NCBI GenBank assembly: GCA_012295275.1
Contig: CM022673.1
Coordinates: 25,792,001-25,856,000, forward strand
DNA: 64,000 bases
Source of the DNA: Chrysomallon squamiferum
Taxonomy: Eukaryota > Animalia > Mollusca
Direction of reading: 5' to 3'
In this document: piece after piece, positions 12,525-39,095 of the stretch
Layout: every line of letters begins with the position of its first letter
Position numbering within the stretch: the stretch's first letter is position 1
Notes under the pieces: generated by a model
Databases searched by the model: none
Told to the model about the DNA's origin: nothing
Seen by the model: the letters and a program-made list of their open reading frames with translations, nothing else
Made by a program: the position numbers and the translations under genes

Positions 12525-14967
12525 GATGTTCAACTGAAATTTCTCTGGTGCTGTCCATTCTCATTGTTGATGTTATCTGCCACAAAAACAGATAAAAAGT
12601 TAGATGAATGAAAAAAAAAAAAAAAAATCTCAAACAGCTGCTTTTTAACAGACATTATTAAACCAGCAAATGCCTTATTGTGAGCAGTTATAACAAATAT
12701 GATTGAACAGGTCAATTTTCAATTTTTTTTTTTTTTGTTCTTTTGTGAATGATGACCCTTGGTCAAAAAACAAAAATTATAAATGTTTGTTATTTATAGA
12801 GAAGGATCAGGTTAAAACAAATTCAAAAATAAATATTGTTTATGATGTTGTTCTTCAAAACCATTTAATCATTAGAAGAAAAATTAATGAATAACTTTTA
12901 AAATGAATAATTTGAAGTAAAATTCTATTCTAAAGTTAGACATATTTTCTTTATAGCTTTGTTATTGTGTAATGTGTTTTGTTGTCTTAAAACAGACTAA
13001 AAAGTCTTGGAAACTAGTTTCAGTTATGTGTTAACAGTAGTTCTGATGTTTCTTTTTGGGGGTGGGGAGGTTTTTGTTTGTCAGAAACAATTCATGTAAA
13101 TAAAATTAAGATCAATGTTTTTCAATTACTGTGTAAAGTCATGTTATATGTTTAATCATGGAATAATATGTAAAAAAAAATTTAAAAAAAATATATATAT
13201 ATATATTATTTATTAATTTTGTCCAAAAGAGTTTATTGTAATTTTTTATTTCTTAATGACGTTTTGATGTGATCAAAATAAACTCATTAAAAATTTGTTG
13301 TTTTTTTTCTTTGTCAAGCAGAATGTGGAACTTTTTTTTATATAATAAGTAATGTAATAGCAGTTTTACATAAAATTACCCTGACATAGAAAAATCTTCA
13401 TTTCAGAATTGTATGTCACAAAGCTTATTAACAACATTTTTTAAAAACAGAAGTGGCTGAAACTGTTATTAAACTTTTGCACATATGAATAGCACACAAA
13501 ATAATTTTGTCATTCATGCTTCTTCGAAAATTAAAAATATAGTTCTTTTAATTCCAAATACGACATTTTGGCATTAATTGCATAATGATTCCTGGATGTT
13601 AAATTCAAAGCAAAATTTATTATTTCATAACGTGACATAACGTTGTTTTCTTTTTTTGTTTTTGTTGATTAATATTAAAAGTGAACTTGACTTTTAGTTT
13701 GATGATGCAAATGTTTTGATATAAACGATGTAATTTTCACGAATATTCGATTTTGTCGAGTAGTGCAAAAGCATTTTGAGGTTCAATAAATTTTAATGTC
13801 GATCCAGAATTATAAGAATCACAGGTTCAGTATATACTAAACAGACTATTTATTACAATTCATTAAAAAAAAAGAAAAAAAAAAGAGAAATAATAATACA
13901 TAAGATAAACAAATAAATAAAATAAATGTATGAAATGGAGGCAATTGTAATTATAGATATTGGTCTTTTATTTAAAAAATATTTACGTTTGGTCAGAAAT
14001 AACGTTAAAAACAAACAATCCAAGCAAATAAATAAATAAATGAATAAATAAATAACTGATCGGCTTTGATATCATGCCTGTCATTAGTAATTTGTCATAT
14101 CAACATTTTGAAATTAAATATAAAACATTAAAACATTAATTTCACATTTACTGTAACGAAATTTTATGATCAAAATATTAATAAATTCAGTTATCGTTAA
14201 ATACACAAGAATGTTTTTAAATAACATCGACCGCAAGCAGTATCCACTACCTTTCTTAATACGTAATCCTGTTAATTAAACCATGAAAGAAAAACAACAA
14301 AACAACCTGAAAACAACAAAAAGAAAAAAAAAAAAAAAAAAAATTCTAATACTCCAAATTATATTAAATAAAGTATATAATAACAAGAAGAAATTTATAA
14401 TGTAATTTTAAGCGTTCATTCAGTTTTATTACATGTGCGTGTGTCTGCTGAAAAATATGAAAAAATAATTAGCGAAATCCTAATTTACGCACATTATCGG
14501 TTTGTTTGTGTCTACAAAACCTAATACGATATACGAAGGGAAAATTTCACTCTTACTTTTTTGTTTTTAACATGCCAACTCGAAACTTTAGTCGGTTTAT
14601 CTTGGAAAATCATTTTGTTTAGGGGAATGTATAAAATTTCGTCTAAAATGCTATGTTACCGTGTAGAGGTTTCTACAAAGATTATTCGTTGTCTGACTCT
14701 TAAAGAAACATTTTGTTTTCTGGTCATTCTCATAGGTAAAACGGGTTCCCAGGAATTTTGATTTACACATTACTGTTTTCCAAGTCAAGGTAAGGATATT
14801 TATTAAAATGCTTAAATATTTATTTTAATTTTTTTTTTCATAATAATATGTAATATTTCCTTTGCAAATAGATTTAATAATGATAATTATTTTATCATTG
14901 TACGTGGATTAATAATCTGTAAATTAATAATAATAATAATATCTTTTGATGTCTGTAATAATAACTA

Positions 14968-15003
<36 letters not shown>

Positions 15004-15503
15004 CAAAGAACAGTTTAATATAAAATTATATAAATTTTATTAACATAACTCCTAGGTAATAATTTGTTTTCAATATCCATTTAATGATTAAATGTCTCAC
15101 TGTAAATATGTTTTAAAATGTTTTGTTTTTTTTTAATAACGTGATTTATCATTAAAAATAAATGTAATTAAGTTGCAGAAAAACATTTATACACCTTTAA
15201 ACTTACAATGAGGCGTTTATCCACTGTCAGGTATTATTAAAATATATAAATCGATAATAAAAACAAAAGCAAATATCAGCATTCATTAATTCGAGAGAGA
15301 GAGAGAGACTGATAAAAACAAATCCAAATAAAATACCTCTCAATAATATATAATGTATAATCATTAAAATTTTAAAACTTTGCCATATCTAAAAATGTTT
15401 AAGTTTCAATAACAAACAGAATTTTTAAAATTTTATTCTTAAATTTAATGTCAACTGACGTTTTACAGTAAACAACAAAATTATAAAACTTTACAGATCA
15501 GAC

Positions 15504-28694
<13,191 letters not shown>

Positions 28695-29258
28695 AACGAA
28701 GTGAAAATGTGTGTTCATGTTACGTTCAGTCGTTAATCACTATACAACACGATTATATCAGTGTGTAAAACTGCAGTATTTGTTTTAGTGGTTTTTTTTT
28801 ATAAATATACATTTACTTAACTGTTTCATGCAAGTACTTCAGTATATTTTATTTTAAGGGTAGTATTAAAACAACCTATGTCTTAATTGCAAAAAGAAAG
28901 AAAAAAAATATTTAAAGATATCAAAATATCTGTTATAAAAATAAAATATATTATTTTAATGGTAGAATTAAGGAACCGATGCCTTTGTTACAAAAAAACT
29001 AAATATATTATTTTAATAATGAAATTAAGGAGATCGATATCTGAATTACCAAAACGTTAATTAATAAACCTTTCAGAATATATGAGAATCATCATTTCTT
29101 TTATTAACCGAATAAATAAATAAATAACAAAATAAATAAATTAAATAAATTAATAAAATAAACAAACAAACAAACAAACAAACAAACAAACAAACAAACA
29201 AACAAATAAATAAATAAAATAAAATAAAATAAATAAAATAAAATAACGTAAAATAAAA

Positions 29259-29315
<57 letters not shown>

Positions 29316-29599
29316 AAAATTAATAAATAAATAAAAAAATAAAAATAACAAATAACAAATAAATATTTAAAAATAATAATAATATTTGGTTTATAAAGAA
29401 TCTCCTTTTATCTTGGAAAACGCGTAACCAAGACAACAATGGCAGCTGTGAAGTTTCAGAACTGACACGTGAGAGGATACGCTGTATGAAACATGACTCT
29501 AGTTCTAATCGCAGTCTGCGATTTTGTCATTTGTCTCTGATTTGTAGCTATTAATCAGTGACTTTTTGCTGTGTATAATATATACAAACACTTAAAAAA

Positions 29600-29860
29600 T
29601 AAACTACTTTTACTTTATTCATAGTTTCCATTATTTATTTAATATTTTAATTATTTCAACAGCAGACGAAGATGATTATAAACATTTAAATAATAAAGTA
29701 TTTTTAATTTCTTAGTAGTTTTCATTATTTATTTAATATTTTAATTATTTCAATACTAAACGAAGATAATTTTAAATACTTAAATAATAAACTACTTTTT
29801 AATTTCTTAAATAGTATTCATTATTTATTTAATATATATTTATTTTATTTATTTCAATCA
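29600..29860. repeat. AT-rich tandem repeat, ~88-bp unit, ~3 diverged copies
   Basis: CATTATTTATTTAATATTTTAATTATTTCAA...ACGAAGAT...TTAAATAATAAA recurs near 29629, 29723 and 29819. Confidence 0.6.
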
Positions 29861-30244
29861 TAATTGTCTACATAATTTCTAATTGTAACTTAGGATTATA
29901 ACATCTTGGTTTCCCTTTGAAAAATGAATGTGATAATCTATTTGCATTTAAGAGATATAATTGTCTATTCTCAGTGGTATTTTAACTTTTTAATAAAACT
30001 GAAATTAAAATACATTACTGGTTATTATCTTATCAGTTAGTTGAAATTAATCACTTATAGGTACATACATACACACATACATCCGCACACACTCGCATAT
30101 ACATACATATATTCACACATTCAGACACACATAATACGAAATATATACACGTATGTACATACATACATACATTTATACATATATATACATATGTGCAGAG
30201 TCTATTCAGATGTACATAAGTCAGAGAATATTCAAAATCCTAAA

Positions 30245-30358
30245 ACTACATACATACATACATACATACATACAAACATACATACATACAAACAAACATA
30301 CATACATACATACATACATACATACATACATACATACATACATACATACATACATACA

Positions 30359-30390
<32 letters not shown>
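30245..30390. repeat. (TACA)n tetranucleotide microsatellite
   Basis: Directly visible. Confidence 0.9.
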
Positions 30391-30734
30391 AAGATATATA
30401 ATTATCCTGTCACTTTATCTGAATATAATTTCTGATTTCTGAATTTTTTATACAGGATACAAAAATACACAGGTAATTTTGATTTGTTCTTTGGTCACAA
30501 GTATAAAATAATATTTTTATATTCTTTTGATATCTGCTTTCGTCTTCAGTCATGAAATAATAAATATATGGTAGACAATAAAAATCAACTTTGTATCTCG
30601 TGTATCATATAAATTATTTTCATATATATATATATATATATGAAAATATAATATATATGTACAGACACGCACACGCACGCACACACACACACATCTAATT
30701 GTCATTTTCATATACAATAAAAAGAGGTTTATTT

Positions 30735-31400
30735 AACCTCACTGTGACCGCAGTCTGTACGGATTAGTAAGGGATCAAGTGATACGGCTCAACGCTTCAA
30801 TCGCTATAGTCAGCATCACTAAAGTGAACACTTACTGGGAATCCAAGCCAATCCAGAGGATCCATAACGTTTAAAGGTTTGCTGAGTATGTCACCGAACA
30901 ATGGACTGAATCTTCCGACAGAAAAGTCTGGAGCCATTTCTTAACAAATGGTGCCAGTACTAGGAATCATGTTGAAGGACGGCCATTCAAAACTGAAATT
31001 ATCCCAACATTTTGAAATTCATAAATATGATTAAGAGAAAGCAGGCCTTTGTTGACCTTAAAATTTTACAATTAAGATCTGGTGGAAGGTTGGCAACTTG
31101 ACTTTGAATTACGTCAACAGCAGATGCTCCTCTTGAAATAACAGAAAGCTGATTCCGTCTCCCATTTTGTTGGACTGTGAAATGTTATAAGTCCACTGTT
31201 GGTGTTTTGGGAAATAAACTATACTGTAATCCCCCGTATTGTTTCATCGTTTGCTGTCCTTGAATTAAGTAATGTATGACAATAGGTGCGGGCACAGTGA
31301 GATGACCCCAAAGCAGAACGTAATGCGCGTATGCTGACGTTTTTAACATCTGAGGTGATTGTTTGGTTGTTATACCATAGCAGCATATCGAAGATGTAAT
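30735..31400 (+). mobile_element. Possible highly decayed Tc1/mariner-type transposon remnant
   Basis: Intergenic island of higher sequence complexity with no intact ORF. One frame reads FLTNGASTRNHVEGRPFKT, reminiscent of the GRPR motif ending the Tc1 DNA-binding domain. Support is weak. Confidence 0.25.
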
Positions 31401-31476
31401 GTAATTTACAAATTAAGAACTATAAATATTCTCTTGGAATTTTAAGAGCCAGAATAGATTTTAGCTTATTGCAGTC

Positions 31477-31537
<61 letters not shown>

Positions 31538-32324
31538 GGTGTTTTTTTTTACTATCTAGGAACTTCTGTCTTGAATTTAGCTCAATTTAAAAAAAAGAAA
31601 AACACTGCCCTTTAGGACCTTACAGTTACATTATTCTTGAAAAATTTCAATAAAAATCAACCATAGCGGAAATGTCTTTAAAAACTCTCTCGATCAAAGC
31701 TTACAGACGTGATTGTATTTAAAATTCATTTTATACACAAAACAGAGAAAAATTCTTACTTCTAAAATTCCATGAACTGTTTGAACTTGCAGACTTGTGC
31801 GTGAAAGTTTTCTGTTTCGAATAGTGCGTAAAAAATGTCAGAAGTTCATAACAAGACTCAATTACATCTGAGTACTGTATGACATGATGTACATTTCTTC
31901 AAAATGATAATTGATTTTCGATATACAATAACATGTTTTGGATGATACTGTTGATAATTCCCTTTTTGGTTCAACGCTAAAATTAGCTGTCAGAAATATT
32001 AATAATTTGCTTGTATCGAGCATTGAAACGGCCTCAAAACGAGGCTACAATGTCATCAATAAATCCAGTTCGAATGTAATTGTATTTCTGATTTCTCATA
32101 GTAGTTTTGCATGTTAAAACTTTATGACGTTTTTTTTTCATAATAGAAGTAGTTATATATTATTCCGTGATGTGAAACAGCAAGTAAACTGTGTCGCATA
32201 TAAATATTAATATACACTATATATATAGATTATAAAAAAAATCACATTTTTAAAAGAATGGCGTCATCACACTGCTGTCAAAAGCTTTCGACTGTTTTCT
32301 CTTTAACACAAAACGAAACACAGT

Positions 32325-33116
32325 TCACGCGTCAGAGCAGTCAAACTGGACGACAGAGGTCGCTTCGTTGTTTGAATCTTCGTCTCGGAAATCGTCTTGC
32401 CTCACGCTGTCCAGACTTTTGTAACTGGGAGGCCTGCTGATGGTGAAAGGTTCCGACGCGTTGCTCGAACAGCTTGTGCTCGTCCCGCTCCCGTCGTCCA
32501 CGTCGTAGACGATGGGCAACGTGAAAACTCCGGCCACGACGTGGGACCAGCTGCTCGCGTGTCCGACGGCTCTTTCATCGCAGTCTCGTACGACGGCAAA
32601 GTCGGAAGAGGAAGCAGCAGATACTCAGATCCATTGGGCAGACGATGAAAGAGATCTGGATTGAACGACCTCGAAGACGACCTCCCGCTGCTGTGACGAC
32701 TAGGTCCCGGATCGGGCAGTTCCGGACATATCTGCTGTTCCGTGTTACGTATGCCCGGGGGTCGGACCGCGGCCGCTGCCTCGGTTTCGCTGACGTTTCT
32801 GGCTATGTCCTCCATCACCTCCATGTTTCTCCTTTGAATCATACGTCTTTTGGCCAACCACTTCAAGACTCCGGTGAGGACGATGGCAACTATGATTGTT
32901 ATCAAAACAGCGACAATGATGAACACTTTTTTTTCACCAGTATCAAATGTGTTAGAATTCTGCGTGATGATTGTCACCGTTCTTGGAAACATTTCCTCAG
33001 AGCAGAGGAAAGAAGAATCTGAAAAAAATAGTTTAGAAAAATTACAATATATCTATAATAATAGGCACAAATGACCTAAATACATTTTGTATATTTCCAA
33101 GTTCATCATGATGATG

Positions 33117-33160
<44 letters not shown>

Positions 33161-34303
33161 CATTATTACTATTATTGTTTTTATTATTATTATGATACTC
33201 TTCTAAACAAGTAGGTAAACTCTGACAATTGCCAGTATTGTAAGGTATATTAGTTGTGGGAAAATTGTTTTATGATAAAAGGGAATTAATTGGGCAAACA
33301 TTGCAACCGGTAGTTCAGTATTACAGTAGGTTTTATGTTCATCAAAGATATTCAAAGTCGATTGGGGACAGAAGTGAAATTTTAAAGTTGAAGTCTTTTT
33401 TTATCAGTGGTGGGTAATACCGCCACAATTTTTGTTGCAACCAAGATTATAAAATAAAAATCATTATTCTTCGAGATGCAACTAAGTTTGATCTTTATTT
33501 CTTTCTCTTTTTCCTTTTGTACAAAAAAAAAAAAAAAAATAAATAAAATAAAATAAAATAAAATAAAATAAAATAAAAAATAAATAAATAAATAAATAAA
33601 TAATAATAATGTGTGTCAGTGACTCATAATTATTATTAAAGTATTTCACAAACTGAGATATTTCACGGTGTCTCTTTTTCGCTCAGTATACAACTTACTG
33701 CCGCGCAACATTTCGGCTACTTTGCACCTCGCAGTGTAGAAATGGCCTCCACATTTCGCCCGGCAGTTGTACCACCCCTTTTGCTTTCCCGTGACAGTGA
33801 GAATCTCGAGGTGCGACGTGAATTTGACTAATTCGGTCTTCACTCGGTAAAAGCCGCAAGATTCCACTCGTTCTTCTTCGTGGGTCGCCTCGTTGACCTC
33901 GTGGGTCCACAGAATCTGCTGGCACTCAGCTTCCGGGTCTTTGACCGTGCACTGTAAAACTGTCGTCAGGTTGTCTTTCTCTCGAGTTTCCACCTCGTAC
34001 ACTGTCATCAGTACAGTCTCTTTAGAAGCATTCTCTGAGAAGTAAAACATAAAATAAATAAATAAATAAATAAATAAATTTATAATAAAATTAAAAATTA
34101 AAATTAAAATTAAATAAAATAAAATAAATAAAAGAATTATAATAAAATTAAAATTAAAATTAAAATAAAATAAATAAAAATAAAAAAAAATAAAAAATAA
34201 AAATAAAAAATAAATAAATAAATAAAATAAATAAAAAATAAAATAAAAAATAAAAAATAAAATAAAATAAAAATAAAAATAAAAATAAAATAAAAATAAA
34301 ATA

Positions 34304-34345
<42 letters not shown>

Positions 34346-35100
34346 TAATATAACAACACCACACCAACAATAACAGTAAATGAATAAATAAATAAATAAA
34401 TAAAAAGAATAATAATAAAAAATTGATTTTAAAATAAAAGCATAAATCATTAATTAAATATGTTTAAACAGCAGTGATTATCAAAATAATACCCCCCAAA
34501 AAATGCCTAATTTACTACTACTGCAATGACAATCTCTGCAACCATTATACTACTACCACCACCACCACCACCACTACCGCTACTACTACTACTACTACCA
34601 CCACCACCACCACCACCACCACTACTACTACTACTACGACAACTACTACCACCATCACCACAATAACTACTATTACCACAAGTACCACTACAACTACTAC
34701 TGCTACTATTCCTGTTACTAATACTACAATAACTACTACAACTGTTACTTCTGTTGCTACAACTACTATTACCTGAAAGACATGTAATGGTTTACTAGTA
34801 ACTGACAAACTACTAATAAAAAAGTTGCAGTACTAGCAGTAGTTTTAATATTATTATTTTAAATATAGTAGTAATAGTAGAAGTGGTATCATTAATGGTA
34901 GTGGTGTTAATATCAACCATAGTAATAAACCTAGAAATATAATGTAATAAAATCTTCAGATTCATAGTGTAAGAAACTTTATTGTAGAAAACTGTAATGA
35001 ATCCTTAGTAATACAGTAAGCCTAACACACTTATAGTACCAGCCATTAACATTATACAACAAAAACATCAACTTCATCATCAACAACAACAACAACAATA

Positions 35101-35161
<61 letters not shown>

Positions 35162-36755
35162 GGCATAAACAACAAGAAGAATATCCACAATAACTGTTCT
35201 TTCCAAACACTTTAAAAAAAAATATGAGAATGTTTTTGTGTGTGTGTGTATTCAGAGAAAACGTAGAAGGAACAAGACAAGGAAATAATCTTCCATAGCC
35301 AGTCAACAAGAATTTATCATTACTATATTCAGAATTACTTTACATTAATATATTCTTTTTTAAATGAAACCATTTTTATTGGTGGGTTTTAAAATGAATT
35401 TTCCTAAATATTATTACTTATTGGTAAAACGCTTCTAAAATATTCTTTGAAAGTGTGAACAAACAGTTAACACAGAGATTGATTGCAATTCATGCACGTG
35501 GTTATTTCTGTCCATAATAAATAATCAAAATAAAGTAAACAGATATAACATTTACCCAGCTGTGTAAAAATCATTGTGTTACTTTTAACATCAACAATAT
35601 TTTTAAACTGTCTTTACACTATTTTTTTGGAAAATAATAATAATTATTCCAATAAAAACAAATGAATGAAAACTGTTTCTATTATAGTATATTTAATTAT
35701 GTCCTATTTCATCTTATGATTTTGCCAGTTTTTGGGGTTGTTTCTTTTTAAATTGTATTCCTAACTATGTAATCTCACATCTACAGTGATATTATGCCAT
35801 ACAGTTCATTCGCTATTTTCTGAATGTCCCATTAATTGTAATAAATCGCAGTATATAATTTTAAATGTTTTATTACATCATAAATTCTAGGAATGAGATA
35901 TTAGTTATCCCAAATATTTTGCGTTTTAGCCGAGTTATGAAAATGTATTTGTAAGTAACAGACTTGATCAGTTTAAATCTAGATGAAGATTTAATATTTA
36001 TAATTTTATTCCACTTTTATGTTAATTACTTATTTGTAGGTTAAGATTCAGAAAACACGATTTTTCCCATTCAAAGATAGAAAGACGTTCTAGCATTCGT
36101 CATTAAATAAAACCCTTGAACAAAATTTAATAAAATGTCACAATCGTATTTAAATGAGGCCACTTTTTATTTTTATATTTATATTTTTTTAAATTACTGA
36201 TCATTAATATATTAGTTTCTGTTTTCTCTCTCCCCCTCAAAATTTAGAAAGCGGTAACCACAACTGGGCAGAGACACGAGAAGCAGGTGAGAGTTCAAAG
36301 GTCACTGACCTTAAAATCTGAACTGTGTGTTTATATAGACATGTCTGTTTACTGCTGTAAAATAACAAATTATAATAAACTATTCTTTGAATTTACCTAT
36401 GATAAAGATATACTGTTCATTTTTGATAAACCCTTTTAACTGAACTGAAAATAAAATACAGCAGTATTTTACAACGTACCCTATTTGCGATCAGCAACAA
36501 ATACTTCACGCGGTGAAAAATTTACTCTGTTGCTGTCATTCGATTAGGTTGTAAATAGATGCATTATTGCAATAAACAAATATAAAATGCAGTAATGGTC
36601 GTTTTAAGTTCTGTTTCGGTCCGATTCGACCAGATTACGATTCAGTTCGACCCGATTACAATTCGGTTCGACCCGTTTCGGTCCAGTTCGGTATTTTTTT
36701 TTACGCATGTATTATTACTTAATAATCGTGAACAAAACAAAACAGACATAAAAAA

Positions 36756-36789
<34 letters not shown>

Positions 36790-37036
36790 CCCCATAAATA
36801 AATAAAATTTTGCTAAGAATGAAAAAAAAAAAAAAAAAAAAAAAAAATAGATGAAGAAATAAAAAACACGGAAGAGAAACATGATCGAGAATAGCAAAGA
36901 ACATAAAAAAAGACGACAGCGACATCAACGTCATATATATATACATACAAAAAAAAAATTAATAATCATACTTACGTGCATTCAAGGAAACGGCTATCGC
37001 ACCAACCACGATGAACATTTGTGTTAAAACAGCCAT
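32325..37036 (-). CDS. Single-Ig-domain type I membrane protein with cytoplasmic L/PPxY motifs; apparent 1-nt deletion near 32560
   Basis: Exon 1, 37036-36976, is a signal peptide (MAVLTQMFIVVGAIAVSLNA, donor GTAAG). Exon 2, 34034-33699, is Ig-like (LQCTV...ILWTH...SHLEILTV...KGWYNCRA). Exon 3 starts at 33018 with a TM (VFIIVAVLITIIVAIVLTGVL), KRR stop-transfer and LPSY. Both introns are phase 1. As assembled it stops at 32402; the alternative frame with PPSY stops at 32325. Confidence 0.8.
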
Positions 37037-37120
37037 GTTTATATCCAGCTACACACGCAATGCCACGCCTCAGTTATTTCTACACTTTTTATAGGTGACA
37101 TCCTATATCAGAGAGAGAGA

Positions 37121-37166
<46 letters not shown>

Positions 37167-37977
37167 CACTGGTTTTGACCTTGGTTTTGCTCTATCTCGT
37201 CGCTTGTAAAACGGTTGCCTGATTTCTAGTGCTCTAAGGTAAAATCAAATCGTATATGACAGACTGTAAAGTATTTATCTAAGACAACAAAGCAAGCTGA
37301 TGTACTTTTCTAAAGATTTCGGGTGCAGCCAACTCGCAGCACTCGTGTCTAGGTGACTTGTAAAAAAACTGTGCCACTGCTCTAATATTTCTCACACAAA
37401 CCTTTTTCATTGAAATTATTTAAACTGCTACTTCTTCTGCTGCTACTGCTACTACTTCTACTACTACTACTACTACTACAGCTGCTGCTGGTAATAATAA
37501 TAATAATAATAATAATTACAATAACAGCGAATGATACGCGATAAAATTAATTATGTCCTATTTCATCGCATGATTTTGCCAGTGTTGGGGGTTATTTCTT
37601 TTTAAATCGTTTCCAGAGTTTAAATCGTTTAAATCGTTTCAAAAACAACAACAACAACAACAACAACAACAAAAAACAAAAACTAAAAAAAAAAAAAAAA
37701 AAAATAAATAAATAAATAAATAAAAATAAAATGTACAATTAAAACATATAAAACACCCAATTTGGAAATCACTTTTTCCAACCATTACTGACTATGATCT
37801 TGAAGAACATTATCCTTTTTATGTAAGATAATATAAGCATATTCCTTAGCACTGTTACATAATACACTTCTCTCATTATAAACTCAGTTACGTCGCACGT
37901 TACTGGATTACCAAGTAGTTAACAGTTACAAGTATCATGGAATGTCCTACTAACATCTAATGAGATTCACAAACATC

Positions 37978-39095
37978 ATTTGTGAAATACGTCTGAACTA
38001 TTTGTGAAATATGTCTAAACTATTTGTGAAATACGTCTGAACTACTGGTAAAATACGTCTGAACTATTTGTGAAATACGTCTAAACTATTTGTGAAATAC
38101 GTCTGAACTATTTGTGAAATATGTTTGAACTATTTGTGAAATATGTCTGAACTATTTCAGAAATACGTCTGAGCTGTTTGTGAAATATTTTTGAACTATC
38201 TTTGAAATACGTCTGAACTATTTAAGAAATACGCCTGAGCTGTTTGTTAAATACGTCTGAACTATTTGTTAAATACGTCTGAGCTGTTTGTGAAATACGT
38301 CTAAACTATTTGTGAATTACGTCTGAACTATTTGTGAAATACGTCTGAGCTATTTGTGAAATACGTCTGAACTATTTGTAAAATACGTCTGAACTATTTG
38401 TGAAATACGTCTGAGCTATTTGTGAAATACGTCTGAACTATTTGTAAAATACGTCTGAACTATTTGTGAAATACATCTGAGCTATTTGTGAAATACGTCT
38501 TGTGAAATACGTCTGAACTATTTGTGAAATAGTCTGAGCTATTTGTGAAATACGTCTAAACTATTTGTGAAATACATCTGAACTATTTGTAAAATACGTC
38601 TGAACTATTTGTTAAATACGTCTGAGCTATTTGTGAAATACGTCTAAACTATTTGTGAAATACATCTGAACTATTTGTAAAATACGTCTGAACTATTTGT
38701 TAAATACGTCTGAGCTATTTGTGAAATACATCTGAACTATTTGTAAAATACGTCTGAACTATTTGTTAAATACGTCTGAGCTATTTGTGAAATACGTCTG
38801 AACTATTTGTAAAATACATCTGAGCTATTTGTAAAATACGTCTGAACTATTTGTTAAATACATCTGAGCTATTTGTGAAATACGTCTAAACTATTTGTGA
38901 AATACATCTGAACTATTTGTAAAATACGTCTGAACTATTTGTTAAATACGTCTGAGCTATTTGTGAAATATGTCTAAACTATTTGTGAAATACTTCTGAA
39001 CTTTTTGTAAAATACGTCTGAACTATTTGTGAAATACATCTGAGCTATTTGTGAAATACATCTAAACTATTTGTGAAATACGTCTGAACTATTTC
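37978..39095. repeat. Minisatellite, 22-bp unit TTTGTGAAATACGTCTGAACTA, ~50 copies with 66/88-bp higher-order periodicity
   Basis: Contiguous head-to-tail units with no spacers. Variant units (GAGCTA, TAAACTA, TACATCT, GTAAAA, GTTAAA) recur in a fixed order in the distal half. Confidence 0.95.

Noticed and set aside
32258-33074. Plus-strand ORFs overlapping the Ig-receptor last exon
   Set aside because: They are antisense shadows of a GC-rich coding exon, with no splice or domain support.
34474-34808. Poly-Thr / poly-Val ORFs as a mucin-like exon
   Set aside because: This is an (ACT/ACC)n trinucleotide tract. The Thr frame is antisense to the host Ig gene, and exons 1 and 2 already join in phase without it.
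37978-39095. 22-bp repeat array as a CRISPR array
   Set aside because: Units are contiguous with no unique spacers, there are no cas genes, and the context is intron-containing eukaryotic DNA.
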